DNA of 42,539 nt from Hydrurus foetidus (Eukaryota). Below the pieces are notes generated by a model that saw only the letters and a program-made list of their open reading frames with translations, ran no database searches and had not been told where the DNA came from. The translations under genes were made by a program, and so were the position numbers. Positions 27,804-41,669 of the stretch are shown piece by piece. The first letter of the stretch is position 1; each line of letters starts with the position of its first letter. Location: assembly GCA_900617105.1 (NCBI GenBank), contig UYFQ01000065.1, positions 1 through 42,539 of the forward strand. Reading direction: 5' to 3'.

Positions 27804-30800
27804 ATGCCGTTATCCGATGACTCTTCGGAGATATCGCCGTCGCTCGCCGAATTAACCACTCAATTAATTCCGGCAGCGACGACTGTTTCAAAAACTCAGT
27901 CGACACCAACACCGCCGACAGCAGTAGCTGCGTCTGATGGAACTGATCGACCGGTATTCCCAGTAACAATACTGGGACCTACCAACAGTTCCAATCAGGC
28001 GCCGCCTAATCGTAATATCGACGACGACGACGACGTTCACACAACGCGACAACATGACAATGTCACGTTGCGTTCGTCAGACGCTAACCGTCAACAAACA
28101 CGCCATAATGGCAACCCTGACCGGGATGATGACGACGGCGATACTAACCCTCGCCACCGTATAGATTCACCCCCGCAACGATATCTCCGTCGTCGGGGCC
28201 TCGACAGTTACGACAACTCAACTCGTCGGAATAACCCCGTCGAAGGAGATGCAACGGGCGACTATCCGCCCACTCCGAATCAACAGAGTGGCAGCGAAGA
28301 CGGTGATGACGGTAATCGTTACGATAACCGTCAACGCCACGATCCTAACCAACGTCAATACAATGACGATAATCGCAACAACAACGATTATCGACGTTCT
28401 AATGATGACAATCAAGGTCACAACGACAGTCGTCGTAACTACGATGACTCCAACCCTCCCAGGGACAACCGTAACACGGGCCCTTCATACGGTACGGAGC
28501 ACCGTAACGACAATCGTTACGATAACGAGGGACGTCAATATAACGATGATCGCCGCAATGACAACAACGTCAGAGCGATAATCGTCGTTATAACGACAAT
28601 TACCGTCAGAATGACGACAACCACGACTACGACAACGATGGTCGTCGCGGCTACGACACCCCATTCAACGACGACAACAGACGTCAATACGACGATCGAC
28701 GCAGCAGCGACAATCGTCGCAACGACGACAACTCACGTCAGAATGACGGGCGTCGCGATCACGACTATCGCCAACAAGACGACAACCCTAACAGGGATAA
28801 TCGCAGAGACACTTTCCAACGTCACAACGATAACCCCCAAAGGGATAATCGTAACTACGAGGATTCTCGTCGTAATGACAACCCAAACAGGGGAAATTAT
28901 TCGACTAACAATCGCAGTTTCGATAATTCTCGCGACGACAACAACGACAGTTTCCGTCAGGGCGACAACAACCCCAATAGGAGAAGTCGTCGAGAACCTC
29001 CACAGGGTTACGATGACAGTCCCCCAAGGGATTATCCTCAAGGAGACAATCGTCGCCAACAGGATACCTCCAACCGGGGCAACCGTAATACTGACGGTCG
29101 TCAGTACAACGACAACCAGTACGAGGACGAACGTGCGACCCCACGGGCAACCGTACGCGTCACCGACAACTCTCGACTACTCGAGAGTCGCGATACGCGC
29201 ATCCCCGAAAATGTGGAGACAATAACCCGCACAGCGGACGTTCCTCGCAAACGCGCGTCACCTCCACAAGAGGGTCCCATATCACGCAAGCGACAAGCTT
29301 CCCCACCAGGGTCACCGGAACGGCCTACATACGTACGTACGTTCACCGGTGACACGGATTACAACCCACAACCCCAACGAGTCATCCAGGAGATCCCACG
29401 GGAAATTCGGGTTCCTAACCCACTCCCCTTGGATCCTCCTGAAATCGTGATACTGCCTGCAACAGCTCGCGTAATCGATTACGAGCAGCAAACAGCAGCA
29501 TTCCGAGCTGCAGGGGGCGGTCCCGACCCCAATGCAGCGCACCCGGTACGACCACCGATACCACGGTACATACACGATCGTACGTCACCGATCAACGTAC
29601 CCGCGGTACAGTTTGCCACACCCAATGCGGCACCTACAGCGCTTGTAGTGGGTGGCCGTGCTGTGGACGATGGTTCCCGACCCATCTCCGCTATTGCCTT
29701 GCAAACGGTGCTTTACGTTCTCAACGTAAATGCGTCAGGCATTATTGGACAAGAGGCAGCACGGGAGTTTTTCGAACACTCCCAGAGGTGGACCAACAAC
29801 TACGATGTTGGTCAAGTCATCTCGACTAAAGCAGTCAGGTGTATCGATGATCAGATCCATACGGATCAAGATTATCCATATGCGGAAGAGACACGTAAAG
29901 TGTGGCTCCAAACGCTGACGGTCCCTCAAGTAGCACAATTAGTCCTGCGCTACTTTCGCGCGGACACACAGCTAGGACAGTCACTAGCTGAGCATTTCTC
30001 GGAAGTCCATCTCGCCTTTTGTTACAACAAAAGGGAGATTGAGATGCGCTGCATGACTCAGTTTCGTGAGGTGGTGGAGAACCATGTACAAGTACATGGC
30101 CCACTCAGCACCTCCGACCATGCTGCACTCACTCTCATCTTCGAGAAAAAGATGCCTCTTAACGGTGCCATCACCGCCAAATACAAAGAGCATAAACGCG
30201 TCAACCCGCATGACGTGGACGATTGGGAATTCGCGATGCGTCGCTTTTTCTCCCAAGTCAATGCGGTACGCCAACTTCAGCTACACGTAGCGGCTTTTGG
30301 GGACCCCAACGACATTTATTGTCACCCCGCTACCCAAAATCCATACGGGTTGTCTCTCACGACGAACCCCAAAACCCTGTTGGTTGGTGCGGCACTCCCA
30401 GCTTTACCACCGCTGGCACTGCCAACAACACCACTCCGACAGTGTAACTCGTGTGGACACATGGACCATCTGCTGAAAAATTGCCCACACATGTGGATGG
30501 TGGATTCAAACACCAACCACAATGTTCCGTGGGACCACTCCAACATGGGTCGCACGTGGGCACAATACGGTCATGCGACCTACCCTATCAATGATCGCAT
30601 CCCTGGTCTGGGCCGCTTTAAAATCCACATACCCCGTCGTGAAACAAATTTCACTGATGAGGTACTGAATAAAACTCAGCCCCCAGGGGGTGGTCAAAAG
30701 AAAAAATACCAAGGGAACCCCAATCATGGGGGAACTATAATCGAGGTCCCACCAACAAACCGCGATACGGTTCTGGTGGACAAAACACCACGTTGGCCAA

Positions 30801-33800
30801 CAACACCTCCATCAACGCAACCCACAGTGGTCTACCGCCCGCAGCCGCATATGATGGTACGTTACCTCATGTCACGGTGGTGGAGTCATTGGTAGTGGCG
30901 ATACATGCTACTAACACATGTACACCTACCGATACACCACCACCTTTATGTATACTCAACTCTGATATACTTGTAACGAATACATTGGAGGTCTCAACCC
31001 CTCCAATACAGTATCGGATAACACTAACAATGTTCTTCCCACATGTCTTCACGTGTTACAGCCACCCCATACCTCCCTGCCTCTAATCTCGGAGGTGCTG
31101 GCGGCATGCCATAACCAGACCGACATGTCGGAAATACCGCTCATAGGTACGTTACCGTCTGACTCACTTGTAGCAGCGGTACACTCAACACATCCTAATG
31201 AACTTCTTTCATTATTGGTGTTCAAGGATGAACGAAGAACCTTGCAGGGACACGCCCCCACCACAGTCGCGTCAGCACCCCAGTCCACGGGACTTAGTCT
31301 TACAGCGCACGCGCTCCTAGACACGGGTAGCATGGCCGGCGATTTTGTTTCCAAATCACTGCTTGTCTCACTTGATGCACTTGCTCATTGTTATGTGTCT
31401 TCAACAGCACTTAACGTTTGTAGCGGTCTTGATGGAACTTGTTATAGGTGTAATACCTTAGTCGATTTAGGCCTTACTTTTTTCGATGATAGTAATATTA
31501 AGCACACTATCTATATCACTTTTAGTGTTAATCCTTTTGCACAATTGGATCTGATCATCGGACGCAAGTCCCTGAATCAACACAACTTGTTTGTGCTGAC
31601 GCCGAAACGTATGGGCTTTGACCCTACGTTAATCGAAACGTCACCCAGCCCAGATGACATCGGTCTACTTCCCTTAAGGGCAGAGTCCGACATCGGTACA
31701 GATTCACATACCGACGTCTGTTGTCATCATAGTGACGCTGTCGGATCGCGTAGTCCTTGTACACAGTGTCGCCTAATTACCGACACTGCTGACAATGGAG
31801 ACGAAGGTCACTCGAGCACCCACCGTATTCCAACAGTGGGAGAAGAGTGGGGTCCATCTGCGCTATGGACGGGCAGTGGTCTTAACCGCCCCCCTTCTGA
31901 GACCGGGACGAGAGTGAACACAGTAACACTTAACGCCGCGAGCGTGTTGCCGTGCGGAATCAATCTCAATGGAGATGAGATTGATGATGACAAAACAGAT
32001 GCATTCGGTCCGTTTCTTTCTGCATTGATGAAAGACCCTACCCCAACAGGTAGGGCGAACGACGTCATCTCGACAATCACCTTTGGTGGGTCGGAAGCTC
32101 TGCAAACAGCATGCAGAGCATTATGTACCGAATTTATTGACATCTTTCAAGATGAGGTGGCCCGTGAACCGGCCCGTATACCTCCTTTTGATATTGATCA
32201 TAAGGCGGCACAATGGGAAGTACCTGGTAACAGGACCCCGCTCCGCCCACAATCCTCACAGAAGGAAGAGGCGATTCACAATAACCTTCAGGATCTGATA
32301 CGGATCGGGGTGGTTGAAAAGTCTAATGCGGTATACTACAGTCACCCTGTAGTAGTACAGAAGTCACCCGGACAATACCGTGTATGTATTGACTTCCGGC
32401 CACTTAATAACTGTACGGAGTCGGCCAGTTGGCCACTCCCAAACATTCCAGCAATGTTTGAACGCATTGGCGCTCGTCAACCTGACATCTTTGGAGTTAT
32501 GGACTTAACGTCCGGCTACCATCAAGCACCCCTTACGGCATCAGCCAAAATCCTGACTGCATTCATATGCTTCTCTGGAATTTATCAATTCACTCGATTG
32601 CCTTTCGGCCTCAAACGTGCCCCATCATACTTCCAGGAGATGATGGCCACGGTTGTCCTTGCGGGCCTTTTATATGTAACATGTGAGATGTATCTCGATG
32701 ATTGCATTGTATTTGGTAATGGGCCTGACGAGTTTCTGCAGAGACTTCGTGATGTCTTCATCCGTTTTCGAGAAAAGAATTTATTCTTGAAAGCTAAGAA
32801 ATGTAAGTTCGGAGTTACACGCCTCGAATACGTCGGACGTGTGATCTCCAAAGAGGGGTTATCTATGTCGGCTGAGAAAATAAAATCTGTTTTAGATTTT
32901 CCTCGCCCTAAAACCGTTACTGCCCTTAGGGGATTTCTCGGTTTGGCGAACTATTTTAGAGGTTTCGTACCAAACCACTCCAACATAGTAGCACCGTTAC
33001 ATAAAATGACGGTGTCTACAACTCATAAACATTCCAGAGTAACTTGGAATGCTGAAACCATTAAAGCGTTTCAAGACATTAGGCAGGCAATCTCTCAATG
33101 CCCCCTGATGCACTTCATTGATAATGTATCACCAATACATTTATACACCGACGCATCTGATTATGGTGTAGGTGGTGTATTGTTCCAAAAGTTGGAGATG
33201 AAATGAAACCCATTTCATTTGTGAGTAAGTCACTCACCTTCTCACAGTTGAACTGGTCAACAATCCAGAAAGAAGCTTATGCTATCTACTTGTGTTGTAC
33301 AAAACTTGATCCACTATTACGTGATCGCAAGTTTACGATTCACACAGATCATAAAAATCTGACGTACATGAAATCCTCCCCTAACTCGATGGTAGGGAGA
33401 TGGTCCATGGCTCTACAAGAGCTCGATTACACAATCGCATACGTGCGAGGGTCTGAGAACACGGTAGCGGACGCTATGTCTCGCCTCTGTGCTAATCTCT
33501 CGGACCTTGTCATCAAGGTTCAACCAGCCACCACTGGCACAGAACCGGATAACTTGCCGGGCCCGTTTTGCGGCGCCCTCAAGGTCATACCAGAAATGAC
33601 TGATACGCAGCGTGACGCACTCAACATGTGCCACAACAAGTTTGTTGGACACGGGGCGTTAAACGCACCGTAGAAAAGCTTTTAAGCTTACCCATTGAGT
33701 GGGAACACATGGTTCAGCACACCCACTTGTTTATACAACAATGTGCGTGCTGCCAGAAGATGAACGCTACACGCGTACCGATACGTGTACACAAGTACGT

Positions 33801-33946
33801 TACTTCTGCGTACAAACCTTTCCATGTATTGAACATCGATTTCATCGGACCCTTCCCCGATGCCTCACACGTTCTTGTCATCATCTGTGCTTTTACACGA
33901 TGGACAGAACTATTTTGGTGTGCGATAATACGGAATCGGCTACCGA
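27804..33946 (+). CDS. Gypsy-A Gag-Pol, 5' part (Gag, PR, RT, RH, IN N-terminus), with several 1-nt shifts
   Basis: CNSCGHMDHLLKNC; LLDTGS; CIDFRPLN, DLTSGYHQ, LPFGL, YLDD; YTDASDYGVG; HHCC; shifts near 28568, 30730, 31000, 33188, 33655. Confidence 0.9.
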
Positions 33947-33948
33947 TT

Positions 33949-34143
33949 GGTGGCTCGAATGGGAAAAGGAAGAGGTGGAAGGCTAGAGAGGTAGTTAGTT
34001 ACAGCAGGAAGCTAGAAGCTAGGGTTAACTTCTACGTGGAGGCTGTAAGTGGCTACGACGATACAACAGACTGTAGTGTACGGTGGGTAGTGTACCGTAG
34101 TACTATCCGGTAGGATCGGGACCTTGGACCCGGAACTACCACA
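33949..34143 (-). repeat. 3' LTR of Gypsy-B
   Basis: Direct repeat of 40485-40679; one internal substitution; left terminal 2 nt differ. Confidence 0.93.
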
Positions 34144-34475
34144 CTACCCCCACTTATCCTTCTTTCTCAAAGAAAATCTAAACTAAACTAAACTATGGCG
34201 AAACCCCCGTTTCTATGTTTGAAAATAACAATATGTAACATAAATGATAACGAAAAAACGAAAATCAAAAATATGTACATTAACTTCAAATGCGAAAATA
34301 TATATAAAAGAAATTTTGAAGGGGTTTCGGAAATTGTGAGAAAGATAAGGATAAGGGAGCATGTACAAAACAGAATCGTTCTGTTGTACGAGGGTCAAAC
34401 GTAATTATGTCAGATTTTTACTGACTAAAAACCATAAAAATCCCTCGTGAGGGCAAAAATTAGGCCAAAAAATCT

Positions 34476-37400
34476 TCAAAAGATATTACGTTTGAGCTCA
34501 AACCTCGGTGGTTGATCCTCAATATTCCTGGGAACAAAACGCGACATGTTATTGTTCCTCAGGTATACATGGAGTGCATCACAGAGCCGGAGATTCTTCC
34601 AAGGCTCCCATGTATTATGTGAGTCATCATAGTTGAGCCATTTTACATGGAACGACATCGTAGTCGGTTTCTTCTTATCACCTGAGTGATTAAGAACTTT
34701 CTCAACGAAATACTCCATGTAATCGCGACGTGCTGTATCAGCAGGTAAGCCCATCGAAGGGTCATAATTGAATATCTTAAGATTCGTTACATGTACACTA
34801 TTGTGTTTATGTGTAATTAAGTTCGCGAGAACATACTCGGATCCATCAAAGGATACAACACGGAAAGGGCCTTTCCATTTAGTGTGTAGTCGAGTTGGAG
34901 GGTGTTCTTGTTTTACCAAGACATACGACCCTATAGGAAACACTGTCAAACCGGATGTCGACTTTTTGTGTTTTTCATCACATTTTTGAAGTGAGTCGAT
35001 TGCTGCATCGAGGACTTTGTCCTGTATCTCGATTAAATCAGCAATATATGTTGAATTTGATGATGATACCACTGGTAACAAATGAGGTGTTAAAATTCCT
35101 CGATTCAAATCAAGTTTATCCGCAAATAGGATAGATGCTGGACTTGCACCCGTACGTTTATTAACTGAACTATTTATAATTCGTTGTACGAACGGAATGC
35201 ATTTTGCATAATGGACAAGGGACGGTGTATCGAACACCAGTCCTTTCAAATGTCTATTTATCTCTTTATTGACTCGTTCAACAATCGCATTCTCTTGAGA
35301 GGAGTAAGCTAGAGTGAGATTATGGGGCGTACCCGTAAGATCTAAGAACTCTTTTATGAGATCATTAGCGAAATGGGATCCACGATCCGATCTTATCATG
35401 TTTGGCGAACCGAATCGACCAAAATGTGTTAATAAATTCTCCGCTGCAGATTCGGCAGTAGCGTCCTTACACCAGAACATTTCTGTCCATCTGGAGAAGG
35501 TGTCAATTATGACGAGAATATACCCCTTATCGGGAAAAGGACCCACAAAGTCAATATTCAACGTATCGAAAATTGCGTGAGTAGAAGTTGAAAAATGGGC
35601 TGCATTGATTTTCGCATCAACCGCACTTAGTTTTTGACAACAAGGACAGTTTCGTATGTATGAACGTACGTGCTGTTTCATATTTTTCCACACTTGGTTT
35701 AGACTGTAAAGTCGAGTGAGGGTTCGGTCGACACCGTTGTGACCAACAATTGCATTGTGGCACATTTGAATATGAAGTATTTGTTCATCTGTGGCCGGTT
35801 CGATAACCGTTAAAGCCGCCACACTTGTGGAAGAAGATGAAGATGATGATGAACAACCATCTCTGACAATTGTCAATGGTAGAGCAATCTCAGTAAGATT
35901 TGGACATAAACGTGACAGCGCATCGGCTAGTTCGTTATCAGATCCTTTAACAAAATGAACGGTGAAATCTAGTTCTTGCATTGCAATGAACCACCGTGCT
36001 ACCATCGAAGTAGGGTTTTGTTTCATATATGTCAAATTCATATGATCAGTATGAATAGTGAATTTCCGATCTCGGATAAGGTAATCCAATTGTTGGCAAC
36101 AATAAAAGATAGCGTAAGCCTCCTTTTGTATTGTTGACCAATTAATCTGAGTTGCAGATAGAGATTTGCTAATAAAAGCGATTGGTTTCCATTCGTCATT
36201 AATGACTTGGAATAATACACCACCGATTCCATAATCAGATGCATCAGTATATAATCTGATGGGTGAAGTTTCATCGATGAAATACATCAATGGACAACGA
36301 GATACAGCGATCTTTGTCTCATTGAATGCGTTTGTCCCCTCGAGGGTCCAAAAATTGGAGAGCGTTTAACCGCTTTTGGATCCACCATCATGTGAAGTGG
36401 TTTTACCATTTCTGAGTGAAAAGGAACGAATTGACGGAAATAATTGGCTAAGCCAAGGAATCCCCGTAATGCCGTAACTTCTTTTGGAAGTGGAAAGTTG
36501 AGAACTGTCTCAATCTTTTCTTTCGACATGGATAAACCATCTTTGTCGATGACTCGTCCGACGTATTCGATACGTTTAAGACCGAATCGGCATTTCTTTG
36601 CTTTGAGTTTAAGATTTTTAAGTCTAAATCTCTCAAAGACTTTCCTCAAGTTCAAAAGAAACTCTGCTTCGCCCCGGCCATATACAATGCAATCGTCGAG
36701 ATACATCTCGCAACAGCTGTATATAAGACCGTGAAGGACCGTTGTCACCATCTGCTCTTGAAAGTAAGAGGGGGCACGACAAGGGCCAAAAGGCAATCTT
36801 GTGAATTGAAACACCCCCATGAAACATATAAATGCCGTATAGATTCGGTGGGGTGTATATAAGGGAGCTTGATGGTAACCCGCGGTTAAATCCATCACCC
36901 CATAAATATCCGGTTTTCGATTACCGATCCTCTCAAAGAGGTGTTTGATATTTGGTAGTGGAAAGGAGGCCGGCTCAATGCATTCATTGAGTGCGCGATA
37001 ATCGATGCAGGTTCGATATGTATCGGCTGTCTTATTTACCATTACAGGATGACTGTAGTATGCAGCGTTCGACCTCTCGATCACACCATCTTCCAACATC
37101 TCTTCGATAGAAGTGCGGAGATAATGTTCCTTTTTAGAGGATTGGGGTCGCACGGGTGCGTGGTTCGATGGAACCTCCCATTTCTGCCGTGGCAGGTTTA
37201 TCTCAAACGGCTTGAGGTCAGCAGCTTGCGGAGCTAGCTTATCACTGAATATATCAGCGAATTCAGAACAGAGAGTACGGAGATCCTTTTGAAGGCTTTC
37301 ATCTCCTTCAAAATGAATCTGAGACAAGAAATCATCCGGCCCGTTGGGCGGTACATTCCGGCACGTCTTGTCACGCAAGAAAGGTGCGAAGGTATCAGTT

Positions 37401-39908
37401 TTATCATCGTCAATCTCGTCAACGGAGAGTGCGACACCGCTTGGCCATATGGCTTCCGCGTCATAGTCTGATGTAACAGTGTCCCCAGAGGTATGTGTGA
37501 GGATGGGAATCGAGTCACCATCTAGGTGCGGGGTATCACCCGTACGTTTCGCGAGTACAGTCGAGACACTGTCCAGTCGCTGACAACCCACATCACCACA
37601 TGGACTTTGGGTAGACTCCCTTGGTACCATCCTGGGTAACGTTACACGTGAACGTTGTATGACAATCTGACCCTACGACTTCCTTGGTTAGAGGTGCGTG
37701 CAGAATGGCCTTCTTAGGTGTTGGCATTGGGCAGAGACCGTATGGTTCTCTCCGATCCGAAAGTCTTGCTTTGGTGATACCCTTTAACATATCGTATGTA
37801 GGTGTAATCGACTCCACTTCCGGTTCTTCGGGTATAAAACCCTCAGATATCATACGTCTGGTGTACTTGTGCCAGTGAAGCGGGTCAAGCTTGGCTATCG
37901 CTTCCCTTTCTTCAAACTCGAGCCAACGAGCATCACGCTTCCTTTTGTTCTCGGCACTAAGCTCGGGAGAAATACCAAAAGCGAAAGGTGTTAATGACAT
38001 AAAATCATATTTATTTACAGTTTTTCGACTTAGTAAAAGTTCAATGTCTGTGTTCCTATTAACCCGCATCGTTAAAGGGATGGTATGACATTCGCCGTCA
38101 TAAGAATGAAATTTAAGAATTAAATCAATCATTTCGTTATTTATATAGCACTGGCCATCGAGACCAGAGCAAACAGTAATGGGTTTAGAAGCTTTATAAC
38201 AGTCATGTTTAGCATTCAACTTATCAATCATCGTGAAAGAAATAAAATCCTCGGAGTAATTGGCGGTATCGAGTACGGCCTTGCCCACAACGCGTCGTAC
38301 GTTAGATTGGCGCTCCTTATCCTTATCCTGTATCAAAACCGTTACGTTGAGATGGTCAGAAGGTAGAATTGATGGATCATGCAAAAATTCATCGGGAATA
38401 AATGCTGGAATGACCGATGCAGTAATGCATGATACTGAATGTTCCATGTCAGTGACATCAGATGAATCGACATCAGGATCATATGTACCTTGTTGGTTTG
38501 CAGAGCCGTTGCTCGCGTTGTTATCCCCTTGGGGTGGGTTGTATCGACCCCCTCGAGGGTTTTTACCTTGATACCCTCTGCCACCACCTTGGTTGCCCGT
38601 AGGACCGGGGTTCCCTTGGTTGCGGTTTTGGTTACTTTGGTTTCCGTAACCTTGGTTGTTGGTTTCCGGAACCTTGGTTCTGGTTACCTTGGTTTTGATT
38701 CCCACGGTTTCCCGAACCTTGGTTTTGGTTTCCCTGGTTTGGGTTGAACCCTTTACCTCCACCCTGGTTACCCTTGTGCTTCTTGTTATTGCACATCAAG
38801 TAAGGGGGTGCCCCTGCAGGGTGGAATCTCTCCCTGGTTTCGAACCCAGGTAGGATGAGTCTTTCCTGCCACATAACTTCACCTTGTGCCAGCCATGCCT
38901 TACCTACAAACGAATCAGACCAGTTACAGCCGTGATCGTTGTTGGTATCGGAATAGTACATGACTGTACAATCTGATAGAATATGTGCAGGGTTTCCGCA
39001 TGAGCGACAAACCCGGGCAGCGGACACTAACGGTTCGTCAAGTGTCGAACGTACCGCTAGGTTGCTACTCCCACTTGGGATATCTACATCACGGATAGCC
39101 AGTGTGCTCGCCCGCTTTTTAGTAGAGCGGGGAGGAGGGACTGCTGTACTCGGAAACGAGTAGACAATGTCAGGGTTGCCATAACTCCTGCTCATGTGAA
39201 TTGCGTCGCGAGCCGCCGTGACGACCGCGATAATGCGCAACATGGCGACTTCCCACGTCTTGGGGGACTCATTGTCACGTGCTTTGTGAGCGACGTAATC
39301 ACCCAAGATTCGGCTCCCTCGAGGGAGTCGTTTCTCAAGAATCGCTATCAACTCGGCATGCTGAGATGCGGTGATATGACGGACACGTTCGTGATCCGTG
39401 GCGATCTCTTTGTACGCCATGTACGTTACTAACTCTTCCTCATCGGAGGAAAGAGAATAGTGGAAGGGGACCTTAGCAAACAGTTCTGCTAAGGTATGAT
39501 CCCCTTGTTTGTTCTTGCAAAAGTATTGCATTACCAACTTGCCAACACTCTCTATCGGAAGGAGGTTTTGCCAATTAAGGCGTTGCTCGTTGGTAATAAC
39601 TGCCAGTGTCGACTGATCAGTTAAGATTTTAACATGAAGCAAATCGATTGCTTGACGTTGCATGCATTGTTTAATATGCAAGTGAGGTAAGCGTTGTGCT
39701 TGCTCATAGAATTCTTCAGCATCCTGCGGAGTAATATAATCTCCCCGTAGGATGAATATCTCACGCTGGATCTGAAGCGTCTGGGGAAACCCATGCTTGA
39801 CGATTGTGAGCTTTGTGAGATGTTAAGGATGTTTCCTTCCTCATCAACCTCATGCTCGTTGTCTGGCTCATTTGGCTCAGGCTCAGGATGTAGACCGTCG
39901 TCTTCCAT
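34476..39908 (-). CDS. Gypsy-B Gag-Pol with chromodomain, several 1-nt shifts
   Basis: CRSCGNPAHILSDC; VLDTAN; YLDD; YTDASDYGIG; IRSDRGSHF, ENAIVERVN, WKGPF; chromodomain VEKVLNH...FHVKWLNYDDSHNTWEP; shifts near 39787, 38665, 37620, 36350. Confidence 0.92.
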
Positions 39909-40484
39909 CTCCTATCGTAGGATGAGCAGTCGATATAAATCGAGTTGTATCGAAGCAAGGACGAGCTTTCCTCGTCAAAAAATTTTGCGAGAGCTTCGCC
40001 TCGTTCGCGTATCGAGTACTTTACGCAAGTAACAGCGAATGAGATGATTTCAACCCACTCTTGTCGAGAAAAATTCTATGGCGTCGAAGCCGAATTTTGG
40101 GTGATCGAAATTTTGGTGTCCTGTTAAGGATGAAGGAAGAACTTCCTGTCGACCAAAAGACGTCCTTAGACTAATCTGATGTCTCTAGCAGTGGAACCGG
40201 TGTCCAAATTGCCAGTGGAGAACTCCTTAATTTCGAGTTGGGAAGCCTCTCGCGACTTCGACCAAAACGAACTTTTGAAAACACCTTTCGGAGGGTTTCA
40301 AGCAGGAAGCGGCTATGCCAAACTCCTGTAAACTTAAACTAAGTTCTCGGAGCTTCGGGCTCAGCGAGAAAACGACTCCTCGGAAGTCGTGGAGTGAATA
40401 TACTCCTTTGGAAGTCTATCTAAAGTTTGGGACGAGTAGATGGGTAGAAAAGAAGAGAAGGAGGATGAGCGGCAATAGCGCTAT

Positions 40485-40679
40485 TATGGCTCGAATGGGA
40501 AAAGGAAGAGGTGGAAGGCTAGAGAGGTAGTTAGTTACAGCGGGAAGCTAGAAGCTAGGGTTAACTTCTACGTGGAGGCTGTAAGTGGCTACGACGATAC
40601 AACAGACTGTAGTGTACGGTGGGTAGTGTACCGTAGTACTATCCGGTAGGATCGGGACCTTGGACCCGGAACTACCACA
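40485..40679 (-). repeat. 5' LTR of Gypsy-B
   Basis: Direct repeat of 33949-34143. Confidence 0.93.
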
Positions 40680-41669
40680 TTTCACACGATGGACAGAACT
40701 CTTTTGGTGCGCTGATAATACGGCCAAATCGGCTACCGACTGCCTTCTCCAACACTTTGGAAGATACGGTGCACCCCAAATGATCAGATCTGATCGGGGT
40801 TCACATTTTGCTAACGAATTGATCAAACAATTCCTAGTGTCAACGGGTACACCCCACAACCTGACACTAGCATACTCTAAACAAGAGAATGCAATAGTTG
40901 AACGAGTTAATAAAGAAATTAACCGGTACTTACGTTCGTTCCTGTATGATACAAACGACGTGTACCAGTACAAAAACTGCTTACCGTTTATACAGCGCAT
41001 TTTGAATTCTTCAATTCACAGCAGTACTAATGCCTCCCCAGCAAGTTTATTGTTTGGTAACCAAATCAATCTTGATTCGGGCATACTTTCACCATTCCCA
41101 CCATTACCGGAAGAGGAAACTCCCGCATCAAAAGTGGTCTGTGAGATGTATCACATCCAGGATACCCTGATTGCCCAAGCACAAACTGCTTTGCGCACAA
41201 TGGACGCGGCTCATATTGCCACAAGTCCACAGGATATAACGGTTTTTCCCGTCGGTTCATATGTGTTGGCTAGATATACCACACAACCGCCCACACGGTT
41301 ACACACGTTGTGGCGGGGACCGTTTCAAGTGATATCGATTCACAACTCTGATTATACGTTGTTAGATATAACTACGAAGAAACATAAACATCTTCATATT
41401 AGTAATCTTAAACAATTTGTTTTCAATCCGAAACATACGGATCCTGCTGATGTAGCACGCCGCGATTATATGGAATTATTTATCGATTCCATTCTTCAGC
41501 ACCAAGGCAATTCCAGGCGCAAACCCAAATGCGGTTTTTAGTCAAATGGACTGACTTTGATGACTCGCACAATACGTGGGAGTCGTGGAAGAATCTTCGT
41601 CTTACAGACGCTCTTCACACATATCTACGCCTTCACGGCATGTCGAAAATAATTCCGACAGAAAAGTAA
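40680..41669 (+). CDS. Gypsy-A integrase core, GPF motif and chromodomain (3' part)
   Basis: IRSDRGSHF, QENAIVERVN, WRGPF; after a shift near 41525: MRFLVKWTDFDDSHNTWESWKNL...TAA 41669. Confidence 0.92.

Larger units (their letters stand above)
33949..40679 (-). mobile_element. Gypsy-B chromodomain Ty3/gypsy element nested in the Gypsy-A integrase
   Basis: ~195-bp LTRs 33949-34143 and 40485-40679; PPT AAGTGGGGGTAG at 34144-34155 on the minus strand; full domain set. Confidence 0.95.

Noticed and set aside
28570..29225. Thr/Val/Ile-rich mucin- or membrane-like C-terminus of ORF 27804-29225
   Set aside because: Wrong-frame reading of the N/D/R repeat after a 1-nt loss.
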